Assembly (NCBI RefSeq): GCF_943912325.1
Contig: NZ_CALTTX010000006.1
Span: 11,737 to 75,736 of the forward strand
Origin: an uncultured Microbacterium sp.
Lineage (GTDB): Bacteria; Actinomycetota; Actinomycetes; Actinomycetales; Microbacteriaceae
DNA: 64,000 bases
Direction: 5' to 3'
A program made the translations under genes and the position numbers. This document shows positions 17,698 through 28,131 of this stretch, piece after piece (the first letter of the stretch is position 1; every line of letters starts with the position of its first letter). The notes under the pieces are model-generated. The model did not search any database, was not told where the DNA came from, and saw only the letters and a list, made by a program, of their open reading frames with translations.

Positions 17698-19208
17698 AGC
17701 GCCATCCCCTTGCGGTGAAACAGCGCGCCGCCGATCTCATCGAGCCCCGGGCGATCGACACCCGCGAGGTCGCTCAACGTCCACGCGAGCCGCAGGGTGC
17801 GGTCATAACCCCGCAGCGACAGCACGCCGCGTTCGAGCGCGCGATCGAGCGGGGCGCGCACGCCGGGCGGTGGCAAGAACCGCGGGGATCGCACGACGGA
17901 TCCGGGGACAGCGGCGTTGAGTGCGCTTCTCCCCCACCGGTCTGCCGCTCGAAGACGGGCCTCGGCAACCCGTGCGCGGGCGCTCGCGGAGTCAATCGCC
18001 CCGCGCCCCGCCGGCGCGTGCGACATCCGCCGCACGCCGAACTGGATGTCGATGCGGTCCATGAGCGGCCCCGAGAGCTTGCCGAGATAGCGCCTGACCG
18101 TATTGGGCGCGCAGGAACAGACGGCTTCGCTGCTGCCATAGTTGCCGCACGGGCACGGGTTCGTCGCGAGGACGAGTTGAAACCGCGCGGGAAACTGCGC
18201 CGTCGCGCCCGCGCGGTGAATCGTGATGTGCCCCTTTTCGAGGGGTTGGCGAAGCGAATCGAGCGCTTGCGAGCCGAACTCAGCGGCCTCGTCGAGAAAC
18301 AGCACGCCGTTGCTGGCTCGGGCGATCGCGCCCGGCCCGATCACGCGCGAGCCTCCGCCAACGAGTGCCGCCATCGTGGCGGAATGGTGCGGCGCTTCGA
18401 ACGGGGGCACGCGGCTGAGCGAATCGACGCCGGCGCCCGAGAGCGAACGGATCGCGGCAACCTCGAGCGCGGCGTCGTCATCGAGCGGCGGCAGGATGCT
18501 GGGAAGTCGCTCCGCAAGCATCGTCTTGCCGACCCCGGGCGGGCCCGAGAGCAGCATGTTGTGCCCGCCCGCGGCAGCGAGCAGCAGCGCGCCGATCGCA
18601 TCGTCCTGACCGACGACGTCGCTGAGATCGGGAACGGCCGCAGGCTCAACGGCGCTGCTCTCGGCGAGAACCGGGGCGAGATCGAGCGGCTCGACCTCGC
18701 TGCCGTGAGCGATCGCGACGTCGGCGAGTGTCGTCGCCCCGATCACTTCGGCCCCGGCGACGAGCTGCGCCTCGCGGACGCTCGCGTGCGGCACGATGAC
18801 GCGGGGCTTGCCGGCGCGCACGGCGGCAAGCACGGCGGGGAGCACCCCGCGGACCGGGCGTAGCCGACCATCGAGCCCGAGCTCGCCGATGTGCACCGTG
18901 CGGGCGACCGAGGAGGCATCCATTCCTCCGCTCGTCGCCAGCGACGCAATGGCGATCGCAACGTCGAAGCCCGACCCCTGCTTCGGCAGGCTCGCGGGCG
19001 AGAGATTGACGGTGAGGCGTCGATCGGGCAGGGGCATGCCGCAGTTCTCGGTCGCGTTCCTCACCCGCTGCTGCGCCTCGCCGAGAGCTTTATCGGGGAG
19101 TCCGATGATCGAAAAGCTCGGCACGTGCGGCGAGACGTCGGCTTCGACCTCGACGAGCGCACCATCGATCCCGGTGAGGGCGATCCCCCACGTGCGCGCG
19201 ACGGTCAT
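17694..19208 (-). CDS. comM: YifB/ComM family Mg-chelatase-like AAA+ ATPase
   Basis: It has an N-terminal Lon-like domain and a Walker A motif (LLSGPPGVGKTMLA). The Cys cluster CPCGNYGSSEAVCSC is typical of ComM/YifB. Its synteny with dprA and yraN is conserved. Confidence 0.9.
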   Translation of the reverse strand: MTVARTWGIALTGIDGALVEVEADVSPHVPSFSIIGLPDKALGEAQQRVRNATENCGMPLPDRRLTVNLSPASLPKQGSGFDVAIAIASLATSGGMDASSVARTVHIGELGLDGRLRPVRGVLPAVLAAVRAGKPRVIVPHASVREAQLVAGAEVIGATTLADVAIAHGSEVEPLDLAPVLAESSAVEPAAVPDLSDVVGQDDAIGALLLAAAGGHNMLLSGPPGVGKTMLAERLPSILPPLDDDAALEVAAIRSLSGAGVDSLSRVPPFEAPHHSATMAALVGGGSRVIGPGAIARASNGVLFLDEAAEFGSQALDSLRQPLEKGHITIHRAGATAQFPARFQLVLATNPCPCGNYGSSEAVCSCAPNTVRRYLGKLSGPLMDRIDIQFGVRRMSHAPAGRGAIDSASARARVAEARLRAADRWGRSALNAAVPGSVVRSPRFLPPPGVRAPLDRALERGVLSLRGYDRTLRLAWTLSDLAGVDRPGLDEIGGALFHRKGMAL

Positions 19209-19567
19209 GACAGACCCTCGAGGTGCTCGATCGAAGCCGACTGCGGCTCGCGCCCGATGATCGCGACGGCATCGACACGCAGCGCTCGACCACGAGCGCG
19301 GTCGGGGTGCTCTTTCGCCCAGAGCCGCGCGAGCTCGTGAAGGCGGCGCAGCTTGAGCGCCGTGACCGCCTCGAAGGGGTGACCGAAGCCGCGCCCCGAC
19401 CTCGTCTTGACCTCGATCGCGACGATCGCGTCACCGTCGAGCGCGACGATATCGATCTCGCCGTGTCGACATCGCCAATTGCGGTCGAGAATCACCCACC
19501 CGCGCTGCCGCAGGTGTTCGCTCGCGCGCTCTTCGCCCGCGCGCCCCAGGTCGTCTTTCGCTGCCAT
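19205..19567 (-). CDS. yraN: YraN family (UPF0102) endonuclease-like protein
   Basis: The sequence ..GEERASEHLRQRGWVILDRNWRCRHGEIDIVALDGDAIVAIEVKTR.. is the YraN signature. Its start overlaps the comM stop. Confidence 0.8.
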   Translation of the reverse strand: MAAKDDLGRAGEERASEHLRQRGWVILDRNWRCRHGEIDIVALDGDAIVAIEVKTRSGRGFGHPFEAVTALKLRRLHELARLWAKEHPDRARGRALRVDAVAIIGREPQSASIEHLEGLS

Positions 19568-19694
19568 TCGAGCCTCTCCGCCCGGGCAACGCCCGGGTCA
19601 CGAGACCAGCGTGACAAGACCCTCATCGCCGCCGTCGCGCGTGCGGCGCATCCGTGGAAAGCGACGAAAACCGGGGTCTGTGGAGGACGCGAGG

Positions 19695-20018
19695 TTACTC
19701 GTCGAGCGAGAGCTCTTGCGGCAGTTCGAAGTCGCGGCGCGAGAGCTCCTCGACGTTGACGTCTTTGAAGGTCAGCACCCGCACGGACTTCACAAAACGA
19801 TCGGCGCGGTAGATGTCCCACACCCAGACGTCTTGCATCGTGATCTCGAAATAGAAATCGTGCTCGGTGTCGCGCCGAACGACGTTGACCTCGTTCGCCA
19901 GATAGAAGCGTCGCTCGGTCTCGATCACGTACTGGAACTGCGAGACAACGTCGCGGTACTCGCGAAACAGAGCCACCTCGAGCTCGCGGTCGTAATCCTC
20001 GAAGACATCGTCATCCAT
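19695..20018 (-). CDS. DUF2469-like conserved actinobacterial protein
   Basis: A 107-aa conserved acidic protein at the expected position between rnhB and yraN, as in mycobacteria. Confidence 0.65.
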   Translation of the reverse strand: MDDDVFEDYDRELEVALFREYRDVVSQFQYVIETERRFYLANEVNVVRRDTEHDFYFEITMQDVWVWDIYRADRFVKSVRVLTFKDVNVEELSRRDFELPQELSLDE

Positions 20019-20084
20019 GGTGCATCCATCCTAAGCCGATGAGCCCGCAGGCCCGCGCGGCCGAAGCGGCCACAGTAGCCGCGC

Positions 20085-20789
20085 TCAGAACAGCGCGACC
20101 GCCGACGCATCGCCGATCGCCCACGATGCTCGGTGAAGCGGGCTGAGCCCGTGCTCGCGGATCGCCGCGCGGTGATCCGCACTCGCATAACCCTTGTTTC
20201 GGTCCCAGCCGTACGCCGGAACATCATCGTGCACGATCCGCATGAGATCGTCGCGCGCGACTTTGGCGATGACGGATGCCGCGGCGGCGCTCGCACAATC
20301 GCGGTCGGCCTTCACGACCGGTTGCACACGCAAACCGGGCGATCCGTGGCGCGTGATGTAGTCGTGGTTGCCGTCGAGGATGACGAGCGCTTCCTCGATC
20401 GGTACCCCGTGCGCCTTCAGGTCGGCGAGCGCGCGGCGCGCAGCGAGTCCGAGTGCGGGGATGATGCCGATCTCATCGACCTCATCGGCGCTCGCCCACC
20501 CCACGGCGCTCTGCGCGACCCACGCGGCCGCCGCGCGCGCGAGCGCCGCCCGACGCTTCTCGGGGACGAGCTTCGAGTCGCGCAGGCCCTCGGGAATCCG
20601 GCGCCGCCCGGCGGAAGCATCCAGAAACGATGCCTCCATCGCGACGGCGCCCACGGCGACCGGCCCGGCAAGCGCTCCCCGGCCGACCTCGTCGCACGCG
20701 ATGATCAGCGGGTATCGCGCGAGTTCGGCGCGCTCGCGCTCGAGGGTGGGTTCGATCACACGAGGCCCCGGCGCATGGGCAAGAGCCAC
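20085..20789 (-). CDS. rnhB: Ribonuclease HII
   Basis: The sequence IACDEVGRGALAGPVAVGAVAM ... DSKLV ... contains the RNase HII catalytic DE..D..D motifs. Confidence 0.85.
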   Translation of the reverse strand: MALAHAPGPRVIEPTLERERAELARYPLIIACDEVGRGALAGPVAVGAVAMEASFLDASAGRRRIPEGLRDSKLVPEKRRAALARAAAAWVAQSAVGWASADEVDEIGIIPALGLAARRALADLKAHGVPIEEALVILDGNHDYITRHGSPGLRVQPVVKADRDCASAAAASVIAKVARDDLMRIVHDDVPAYGWDRNKGYASADHRAAIREHGLSPLHRASWAIGDASAVALF

Positions 20790-21715
20790 GGCGGATCGGC
20801 CGAGGCCGCGGGCGGCGACGCCGGAACGCCCGAGAAGACGTCGTGGTGGAAATCGAGCATCCCGAATCGCGAGAACGGATACGTGATGACGAAAGCGCGG
20901 CCTACGACGTTGTCGATCGGCACGAAACCCTTGCCCGGCTGGTCCTGGTGGTAGCGGGAGTCCTCGGAGTTGTAGCGGTTATCGCCCATGACCCACAGGC
21001 TCCCGGCGGGAACCGTGACATCGAACGACACGCTCGACGCGGGCGCATCGGGCGTCGGGCGCACGATGTAGCGGGTTTCATCGATCGGGGTGCCATTGAC
21101 CTCGACCTGACCGAGAGCGTTGCAACACGTCACGTGATCACCGGGCACACCGATGACGCGCTTGATGAGGTGATCGTCGCTATCGGGCGCGGCAAGACCG
21201 ACGAGCGAGAGCACCCATTCCCATGCTGCGACGAGCGGCGGCGGGTCGGCGGTCGCCGGCACGTTGTTGAGCCAGCCGCCCGGGTCGCGGAATACGACGA
21301 TGTCGCCGCGCGCGTAGCCGCCGAAGCGCGGAGTGATCTCGTCGACGAGAATCCGGTCTTGCACCTGGAGCGTATTCATCATCGACCCCGAGGGGATGTA
21401 GAACGAGCGCACGAGGAACGTCTTCACCAGGAACGACACCAGAAGCGCGATCAGCACGATCACGACGATGTCGCGCACCAACGCGAGAAAGCCGCGGCCC
21501 CTCGACGGGCGAGCCGGTGACGTGGATGCCTCGGATCCGGTCGATTCCGGATCATCGGCGTCCCCCGACGGCGCGGCTCGCAATGCCCGGCGGGTGGGAA
21601 ATACGGCCTCCGGCAGTCCCGTCGTGGGGCCGGTGGCGTCGGAAGAAGCAGACACGAACACTCTCTCGCGGAACGCACCCTCGGCGCTCTGCCCGACAAG
21701 CGTCGCACATCGCAC
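20756..21715 (-). CDS. lepB: Signal peptidase I (start codon uncertain)
   Basis: The sequence has a TM helix followed by YIPSGSMMNTLQVQDRILV (the catalytic Ser box), ...LIKRVIGVPGD..., and GDNRYNSEDSRY (the catalytic Lys/Ser boxes B-E). Confidence 0.8.
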   Translation of the reverse strand: MRCATLVGQSAEGAFRERVFVSASSDATGPTTGLPEAVFPTRRALRAAPSGDADDPESTGSEASTSPARPSRGRGFLALVRDIVVIVLIALLVSFLVKTFLVRSFYIPSGSMMNTLQVQDRILVDEITPRFGGYARGDIVVFRDPGGWLNNVPATADPPPLVAAWEWVLSLVGLAAPDSDDHLIKRVIGVPGDHVTCCNALGQVEVNGTPIDETRYIVRPTPDAPASSVSFDVTVPAGSLWVMGDNRYNSEDSRYHQDQPGKGFVPIDNVVGRAFVITYPFSRFGMLDFHHDVFSGVPASPPAASADPPWLLPMRRGLV

Positions 21716-21841
21716 GAGCCGTTCCGCGCACGACGCGGCGGCAGTCCCGACGACGCGGCTGATCCGAGTGCGGCAAGTCCCGAAAACGACGAACGGCCCC
21801 GGCGCAATGCCGGAGCCGTTCGTTCGAAGAACGGCGATCGC

Positions 21842-22189
21842 TCAGCGGTCGCGCTTCTCCTTGATCTTGGCCTTCTTGCCACGGAGGTTGCGCAGGTAGT
21901 AGAGCTTCGCGCGACGCACGTCACCGCGCGTGACGACCTCGATGTGGTCGATCGCGGGGCTGTGGACCGGGAAGGTGCGCTCGACGCCAACCTGGAAGCT
22001 GATCTTGCGGACCGTGAAGGTCTCGCGCACGCCATCGCCCGAGCGGCCGATGACGACGCCCTGGAAGACCTGCACGCGCGAGCGGTTTCCCTCGGTGATG
22101 TTGACGTGCACCTTGACGGTGTCACCGGGGTGGAACTCGGGGATGTCCGAGCGGAGCGAGGCCTTGTCGACCGCGTCGAGGATCTGCAT
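21842..22189 (-). CDS. rplS: 50S ribosomal protein L19
   Basis: The sequence [47 protein letters not shown].. is the L19 signature. Confidence 0.9.
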   Translation of the reverse strand: MQILDAVDKASLRSDIPEFHPGDTVKVHVNITEGNRSRVQVFQGVVIGRSGDGVRETFTVRKISFQVGVERTFPVHSPAIDHIEVVTRGDVRRAKLYYLRNLRGKKAKIKEKRDR

Positions 22190-22351
22190 GATCGTCTCTT
22201 CCTGCGACCGCCTCAGGTAGGCCGCACGTCAGTGATGAATGTTGGTGGGTGTGTGCTTATCGTCGAAGGCGCCGATCCGGCGCTCGCGCGGACTCCCCTG
22301 AGGCAGAGCCGCTGACGGCACAAGCATCCATTCTGCCACAGATCGACGCGT

Positions 22352-22873
22352 TCAGCGGCCTTCGCGCACCTCGTGGAGCACGATGACCTCGGAATCGCGC
22401 TGCTGCTGACGGTCAGGGAAGAGTGCGGGATCGGCGTAGGCCCGGGTCATGCGCACCTGTTCGCGTACCGCGCCGCGCGCCTCGGCCCACAGCTCACGCA
22501 CGCTCACGACGACCGCCGCCACGAATGCGATGACGGCCGCGAGCACGCTGAGGCCCCACACGGGCTGGACGATGAGAGCGACGAACACCGTCAGCGCTTG
22601 CCAGGCACCGATGACTCCGACATCGAGCCACGAGACGGCCCGCCCGAGGCGCACGCTCGGCCGGCTGCGCACGAGCATGGCCAGCGCGAGCTGCGCGATG
22701 AAAACGCACGGCATCGAGATGAAGACCCAGAAGATCATCCAGCCGCTGGTATTCGACACGAGCCAGCCGATCATCATCCAGGCGGGCAACACGAGAGCCG
22801 CCGGAAAGAGCCAGTGAAAGAAGCCTCGGCGCACGGCGACCGAAGCACGGGCGGCAAGGGAATCACGCGACAT
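22352..22873 (-). CDS. Hypothetical integral membrane protein
   Basis: A 173-aa ORF with four hydrophobic segments. It has no recognised domain. Confidence 0.5.
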   Translation of the reverse strand: MSRDSLAARASVAVRRGFFHWLFPAALVLPAWMMIGWLVSNTSGWMIFWVFISMPCVFIAQLALAMLVRSRPSVRLGRAVSWLDVGVIGAWQALTVFVALIVQPVWGLSVLAAVIAFVAAVVVSVRELWAEARGAVREQVRMTRAYADPALFPDRQQQRDSEVIVLHEVREGR

Positions 22874-23019
22874 ATCTCGATGCTACGCGCGAGATGGATG
22901 CTGCGGAACGGCGCCGCCCGCGACACCGGCATCCTCACAGGGATCACAGAGCGTGAGAACAGTGCGCACGGCACTCACCACGGCGCGTGAGAGAGAATGG
23001 ACAGGACGAGAGGACTTCG

Positions 23020-23802
23020 ATGATCGAGTTGCGCACCCCGGCCGAGATCGAGCAGATGCGACCGGCCGGCCGCTTCGTGGCTGAGACGCTGGCGACGCTG
23101 CGCGACGAGACGAAGGTCGGCACGAACCTGCTCGACATCGATCGCCGGGCGCACGCGATGATCCGCGCAGCGGGTGCCGAGTCGTGCTACATCGACTACC
23201 ACCCCTCGTTCGGCGCGAGCCCGTTCGGCAAGGTCATCTGCACCTCGATCAACGACGCGGTGCTGCACGGACTCCCCCACGACTACGTGCTACGCGATGG
23301 CGACCTCGTGAGCCTCGACTTCGCGGTGTCGATCGATGGCTGGGTCGCCGATTCGGCCGTCTCGTTCGTCGTCGGCACACCGCGCGACGAGGATCTGCGC
23401 ATCATCGACACGACCGAACGCGCGCTCGCCGCCGCGATTGAGGTCGCCCAGGTCGGCGGGCGCATCGGCGACATTTCGGCCGCGATCGCCGACGTCGCGC
23501 ACGCCGAGGGTTACGCGATCAACACCGATTTCGGCGGCCACGGCGTCGGGCGCATCATGCACGGCGACCCGCACGTGCCGAACGACGGGCGCGCCGGCCG
23601 CGGCTATCCGCTGCGTCCCGGGCTCGTCATCGCGATCGAACCGTGGTTCCTCGAGACGACCGACGTGCTCCGCACCGACGTCGACGGCTGGACGTTGCGC
23701 AGCGCCGACGGCTCGCGCGGTGCACACTCCGAGCACACGATCGCGATCACCGATGACGGCCCGATCGTGCTGACCGACCGATCGTTCCTCGGCGTCGCCT
23801 GA
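23020..23802 (+). CDS. map: Type I methionine aminopeptidase
   Basis: The start is MIELRTPAEIEQMRPAGRFVA.. It has the pita-bread fold, and its metal ligands (D..D..H..E..E) are conserved. Confidence 0.85.
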   Translation: MIELRTPAEIEQMRPAGRFVAETLATLRDETKVGTNLLDIDRRAHAMIRAAGAESCYIDYHPSFGASPFGKVICTSINDAVLHGLPHDYVLRDGDLVSLDFAVSIDGWVADSAVSFVVGTPRDEDLRIIDTTERALAAAIEVAQVGGRIGDISAAIADVAHAEGYAINTDFGGHGVGRIMHGDPHVPNDGRAGRGYPLRPGLVIAIEPWFLETTDVLRTDVDGWTLRSADGSRGAHSEHTIAITDDGPIVLTDRSFLGVA

Positions 23803-23859
23803 CCGCTCTACTCGAGCAAGTCGAGTCGACGCCCTACTCGAGCACGTCGGGACGACGCT

Positions 23860-24555
23860 CTATGACAGTAAGTCGGGCCGACGCAGGCGCGTGCGCTCGA
23901 TCTGCTGCTCGCGTCGCCACTCCGCGACGCGACCGTGGTGGCCGCTCAGCAGCACGTCGGGCACGGCTCGGCCGCGCCAGAGCGCGGGCTTCGTGTACGA
24001 CGGGTACTCGAGCAGGCCGTCTTCGTGCGACTCCTCGACGAGTGACTCGGGATTGCCCACGACGCCGGGCACGAGCCTGCCGATCGCCTCGATCATCGCC
24101 ATCACGGCCACTTCACCACCGTTGAGCACATAGTCGCCGAGGCTGATCAGCCGCATGCGTCCGAGCGAGCCCGCCTCATCGAAGACGCGCTCGTCGATTC
24201 CCTCATAGCGCCCGCAGCCGAAAATCAGTCGGTCCTCGAGCGCCAACTCACGCGCGGTCGCCTGCGTGAAAACTTCGCCCGCGGGCGACGGGAAAATGAT
24301 GACGGGAGCGGATGCTTCACCCGAGGCATCCCCCACGATCTCATCGAGCGCCTCGCCCCACGGCTCGGGCTTCATGACCATGCCGGCTCCGCCGCCATAC
24401 GGGGTGTCATCGACCGTGCGATGCCGATCGTGCGTGTAGTCGCGCAGGTCGTGCACCCGCATGTCGAGGATGCCAGCGCCGCGTGCGCGCCCGAGAAGAG
24501 AAACCTCGAGGGCGTCGAAGATCGCGGGAAAGATCGTGACGATATCGACGCGCAC
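23860..24555 (-). CDS. trmD: tRNA (guanine37-N1)-methyltransferase
   Basis: The sequence [14 protein letters not shown] ... SPAG.. ... [10 protein letters not shown] is the TrmD SPOUT signature. Confidence 0.9.
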   Translation of the reverse strand: MRVDIVTIFPAIFDALEVSLLGRARGAGILDMRVHDLRDYTHDRHRTVDDTPYGGGAGMVMKPEPWGEALDEIVGDASGEASAPVIIFPSPAGEVFTQATARELALEDRLIFGCGRYEGIDERVFDEAGSLGRMRLISLGDYVLNGGEVAVMAMIEAIGRLVPGVVGNPESLVEESHEDGLLEYPSYTKPALWRGRAVPDVLLSGHHGRVAEWRREQQIERTRLRRPDLLS

Positions 24556-24556
24556 G

Positions 24557-25246
24557 TCAGTGCTCGCGGGGCGCCGCGTCGTCAGCCTGATCGTCGGCCG
24601 TGATCACCGGGCCAACGGAAGCGTCGGATTCGACGTCGAGCTCGACCACAGCAGCGTCGTCCGTCCCCAGCTCATCCCCCGCGGCCGCATCCTCGACCGC
24701 GACGTCGAAGAGCCCGGCGGGAGGAGTGACGGTGACGGTTCCCGCGTCGATGTCGACCTCGGGAACGATCGCCGAGACGAAGGGCACGAGCACTTCGGCA
24801 TCCGCCGTCTTCACGACGAGCAGATCCTGCGCGGGAAAGTGATCCACGCGCACGATGCGGCCGACGCGCTCACCATCGACGACAACGGCAAGTCCCGCGA
24901 GCTGGTGGTCGTACCAGGCATCGGGCTCGGCGGGGCGTTCCTGCGCGTCGGCGTCGACCCAGAGGATCGCTCGCACGAGCTCTTCGGCGGCCGTGCGGTC
25001 ATCGACGCCTTCGAAGAAGACCACGGGGTGGGAATTCATCCAGCGAAACTCGCGCACCGTCAAGGTCTTGCCGTGCCACGGCGAAGCCTCGGGCACCTGC
25101 AGCGTGAACGAGGCCCCGGGAACGAAACGGCCATCGGGGTCATCGGTGTAGAGCTCGAGCTTGAACGCGCCCTTCAGGCCGTGCGCTTTGACGAGGCGCC
25201 CGACGCGCAACTGCGTTCGCGGGCTTGCGGGGCGAGCGTTCATCAC
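24557..25246 (-). CDS. rimM: Ribosome maturation factor RimM
   Basis: The sequence [26 protein letters not shown] is the RimM N-terminal signature. It has an acidic C-terminal tail. It is in the trmD-rimM-KH-rpsP operon. Confidence 0.8.
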   Translation of the reverse strand: MMNARPASPRTQLRVGRLVKAHGLKGAFKLELYTDDPDGRFVPGASFTLQVPEASPWHGKTLTVREFRWMNSHPVVFFEGVDDRTAAEELVRAILWVDADAQERPAEPDAWYDHQLAGLAVVVDGERVGRIVRVDHFPAQDLLVVKTADAEVLVPFVSAIVPEVDIDAGTVTVTPPAGLFDVAVEDAAAGDELGTDDAAVVELDVESDASVGPVITADDQADDAAPREH

Positions 25247-25473
25247 GCGTCGGCGATGTCGACGCGAACGCGCTTGCCGTCGGCGAGAGCCGCCAGCAGG
25301 GTGCGCAGTGCTTTGGCGTTGCGCCCGCCGCGCCCGATCACCCGACCGCGATCGTCGGGGTGCACGTGCACCTCGAGCACCTCGCCCCGGGGGGACGAGG
25401 ATGCGTCGATCCGAACATCGTCGGGGTTATCGACGATGCCCTTGACCAGGTGTTCGAGAGCGGCGGACAGCAA
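25243..25473 (-). CDS. KH-domain RNA-binding protein (YlqC/UPF0109 family)
   Basis: The sequence ..GRVIGRGGRNAKALRTLL.. has the GxxG KH motif. It lies between rpsP and rimM. Confidence 0.75.
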   Translation of the reverse strand: MLSAALEHLVKGIVDNPDDVRIDASSSPRGEVLEVHVHPDDRGRVIGRGGRNAKALRTLLAALADGKRVRVDIADA

Positions 25474-25478
25474 CGGAA

Positions 25479-25916
25479 TTACTCAGCCGATTCGGTCTCG
25501 GCGGCCTCGTCGGCCGCAGCCTCGTCAGCCGGCGCCTCGGCAGCAGCCTTGGCTTCGGCCTTCTTGTCGGCCTTGGGGACGAGCACGGGCTTCTTGTCGG
25601 CCTCGGCCTCGAAGACCTTCTTCGACTTCGGGGGCTGAACGGTCGAAGCCGCGTCAGCGTCGCCCTGGAACTTGCCCCAGTCGCCCGTGAGCTTGAGGAT
25701 CGCGAGCACCTGCTCGGTCGGCTGTGCGCCGACGCCGAGCCAGTACTGCGCGCGCTCCGAGTCGACCTCGATGAACGAGGGCTGCTCGATGGGGTGGTAC
25801 TTGCCAATCTCTTCGATGACACGACCGTCGCGCTTGGTGCGCGAGTCGGCGACGACGATGCGGTAATAGGGCGCGCGGATCTTACCGAGACGCTTGAGAC
25901 GGATCTTGACGGCCAC
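25479..25916 (-). CDS. rpsP: 30S ribosomal protein S16 (GTG start)
   Basis: The translation [42 protein letters not shown].. begins with an AGGAG RBS and a GTG start (complement of 25914-25916). It has a Lys/Ala-rich tail. Confidence 0.85.
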   Translation of the reverse strand: MAVKIRLKRLGKIRAPYYRIVVADSRTKRDGRVIEEIGKYHPIEQPSFIEVDSERAQYWLGVGAQPTEQVLAILKLTGDWGKFQGDADAASTVQPPKSKKVFEAEADKKPVLVPKADKKAEAKAAAEAPADEAAADEAAETESAE

Positions 25917-26097
25917 GATTCTCCTGAAAAGTGAGGTGTTGGAAAAAGCAAGGCTCAGGCGCGTGGGGTGCACACCCGGCAGAAGCTCGAGGGTGGACAG
26001 AGCGCCGGGTAGAGGGTCGGGCCGTGTCCAAACGTCTATTCTGCCAGACCGCGCGGCCCGCCGCGACCGTGACACGACGTGTCGGCGCGTTCGCGGC

Positions 26098-27285
26098 ATG
26101 ACCCGGCTCCCGTGCCAGACTGACCGCGTGAGTGTCTCTTTCGCCCCGTCGGCACGGTCGAGCGTCGGTCTCGAGTGGGAGATCATGCTGGCGGATGCCG
26201 AAACGGGCGCCCTTTCGCCGCGTGCGCCCGAGGTGCTCGAACGAGTCGAGAGCGCGACGGAGTTCGAGCGCTACACCGTGACGGGTGAGCTGCTCACGAA
26301 CACGATCGAGGTCACGAGCGGCGTCGGCGACACGGTGCAGGCGGCGGTCGAAGACGTCGAAGACGCTATCGGCGCGGTTCGGGGAGCAACCGACCCGCTC
26401 GGCCTGGAACTCCTCTCGGCCGGCAGCCACCCGTTCGCGCAGTGGTATGACCAGACCGTGACCGACAAGACCCGGTACCACACGCTCGTCGAGCGCACGC
26501 AGTGGTGGGGGCGCAACATGATGATCTGGGGCATCCACGTCCACGTGGGTGTCGAAGACGTCACGAAGGTCATGCCGCTCGTGCGTGCCCTCTGCACGTA
26601 CCTGCCGCACCTGCAGGCGCTCGCCGCGTCGAGCCCGTTCTGGGCGGGTGATCGCACGGGCTATGCATCCAATCGCGCTCTCGTCTTTCAACAACTGCCG
26701 ACCGCCGGCCTGCCCTGGTATCTCGATGACTGGGCGGCGTACGAGCGCTTTCTCGACGACATGGCTCGCACGGGAGTCATGGCAGATGCGACCGAAGTGC
26801 GCTGGGACATCCGCCCCGCTCCCCGCTGGGGAACAATCGAGGTGCGAGCGTGCGATGGCATGTCGACACTGGCGGAACTCGCCGCGATCGGCGCGCTGAC
26901 GCAGACCCTCGTCGAATCGCTCTCGCGGCGGCTCGACGAGGGCGAGACACTGCCCGAGCTGCAGCCGTGGTTCGTGCGCGAGAACAAGTGGCGCGCCGCG
27001 CGTTATGGTCTCGACGCAAAGGTGATCGTGGATGCCTCGGGTACGCAACGCCCACTCCGCGAGCACATCCCCGAACTGCTCGCCGACCTTGCGCCCGTCG
27101 CGGCAGACCTGAAGTGCGCCCGCGAGTTCGCGCGGGTCGGGACGATGCTCGAGGTCGGCGCGGGTTACGAGCGTCAGCTCGCGATCGCGGATGCGACCGG
27201 CGGCGACCTGGGCGCCGTCGCGCGGCACCTGATTCACGAGTTCCGGAGTGGCCCCGGCGTGCGTGAGGCTCTCGGCGAACTCTGA
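26098..27285 (+). CDS. Glutamate--cysteine ligase family 2 / carboxylate-amine ligase (YbdK-like)
   Basis: The sequence [20 protein letters not shown] ... NTIEVTSGV ... [20 protein letters not shown] is the YbdK/GCS2 signature. The start could be the ATG at 26098 or the GTG at 26129. Confidence 0.8.
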   Translation: MTRLPCQTDRVSVSFAPSARSSVGLEWEIMLADAETGALSPRAPEVLERVESATEFERYTVTGELLTNTIEVTSGVGDTVQAAVEDVEDAIGAVRGATDPLGLELLSAGSHPFAQWYDQTVTDKTRYHTLVERTQWWGRNMMIWGIHVHVGVEDVTKVMPLVRALCTYLPHLQALAASSPFWAGDRTGYASNRALVFQQLPTAGLPWYLDDWAAYERFLDDMARTGVMADATEVRWDIRPAPRWGTIEVRACDGMSTLAELAAIGALTQTLVESLSRRLDEGETLPELQPWFVRENKWRAARYGLDAKVIVDASGTQRPLREHIPELLADLAPVAADLKCAREFARVGTMLEVGAGYERQLAIADATGGDLGAVARHLIHEFRSGPGVREALGEL

Positions 27286-27330
27286 AGCCGCGCGGCGATC
27301 GGCCGGCGCCCACCGGGTTACCGTGAAGGG

Positions 27331-28101
27331 GTGGGACTCTTCTCGCATCGCCCCCGGCGCGCACGCACCGTCGGTGCGCTCTGCGCGTTCTCGGTGGGCG
27401 TGGTCCTCGCGATCAGCGCGTGTTCGTCGCTCAGCGCGCTCGACGATGCGCCGGCGACTCGCGCCGCGAGCGATGCTCCATTGATCACGGCGCCGACCCC
27501 CGCGCACGAGATCGTCATGATCGGCGATTCCGTCATGTCGGGCTACGGTCTGGATGACGGCACGAATTGGCCCGCAATCCTCGCGGATCGTTCGGGCGAA
27601 GACATCGTCAACCTCGCCTGCCCCGGAGCGGGTTTCACCTCGATCGGAGACTGCGACGACGACTTTGCCGGAATCGCCGCCGAGGCGATCACGCTCGATC
27701 CCGCGACGGTCATCATCCAGTCCTCGGATAACGACTTCGGAAGCGACCCCGACGAACTCGATCGAACGACGCTCGACACCGTGAGGCTGCTGCACGCGGC
27801 CTTGCCCCACACCCAGATCGTCGGTCTCAGCACCGTCCGCTACATCACGGAGGGTTCCGAAGACGAGCTCGCCGCGACCGCGGGGGCACTCTCAGACGCG
27901 ATCGCCGACGTCGGCGGCACGTACGTCGACGTCGGCCAGCCGCTCGCAGGCCAGCCAGACCTCGTGCAAGACGACGAAGAGCATCCGACCGAAGACGGCC
28001 AAGTAGCGCTCGCTCGCGCCATGCAGAGCGCGCTCGAAGACGCAGGGGTGATTCCCGGCATAGACCGACAGCGCATCATCGCCGGGTTCACGCGCCTCTG
28101 A
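27331..28101 (+). CDS. SGNH/GDSL-family hydrolase lipoprotein
   Basis: It has a signal peptide with a lipobox-like LAISAC. The GDS block is IVMIGDSVMSGYG and the catalytic DxxH is HPTEDG. Confidence 0.65.
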   Translation: MGLFSHRPRRARTVGALCAFSVGVVLAISACSSLSALDDAPATRAASDAPLITAPTPAHEIVMIGDSVMSGYGLDDGTNWPAILADRSGEDIVNLACPGAGFTSIGDCDDDFAGIAAEAITLDPATVIIQSSDNDFGSDPDELDRTTLDTVRLLHAALPHTQIVGLSTVRYITEGSEDELAATAGALSDAIADVGGTYVDVGQPLAGQPDLVQDDEEHPTEDGQVALARAMQSALEDAGVIPGIDRQRIIAGFTRL

Positions 28102-28131
28102 GGCCACGAACCACGGCTTCAGCCGACAGGC

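Noticed and set aside
25882-27810. A 642-aa minus-strand ORF
   Set aside because: It is antisense to the well-supported YbdK-like ligase (26098-27285) and the SGNH hydrolase. Its translation is Arg/Ala-rich low-complexity, typical of spurious open frames in 70% GC DNA.
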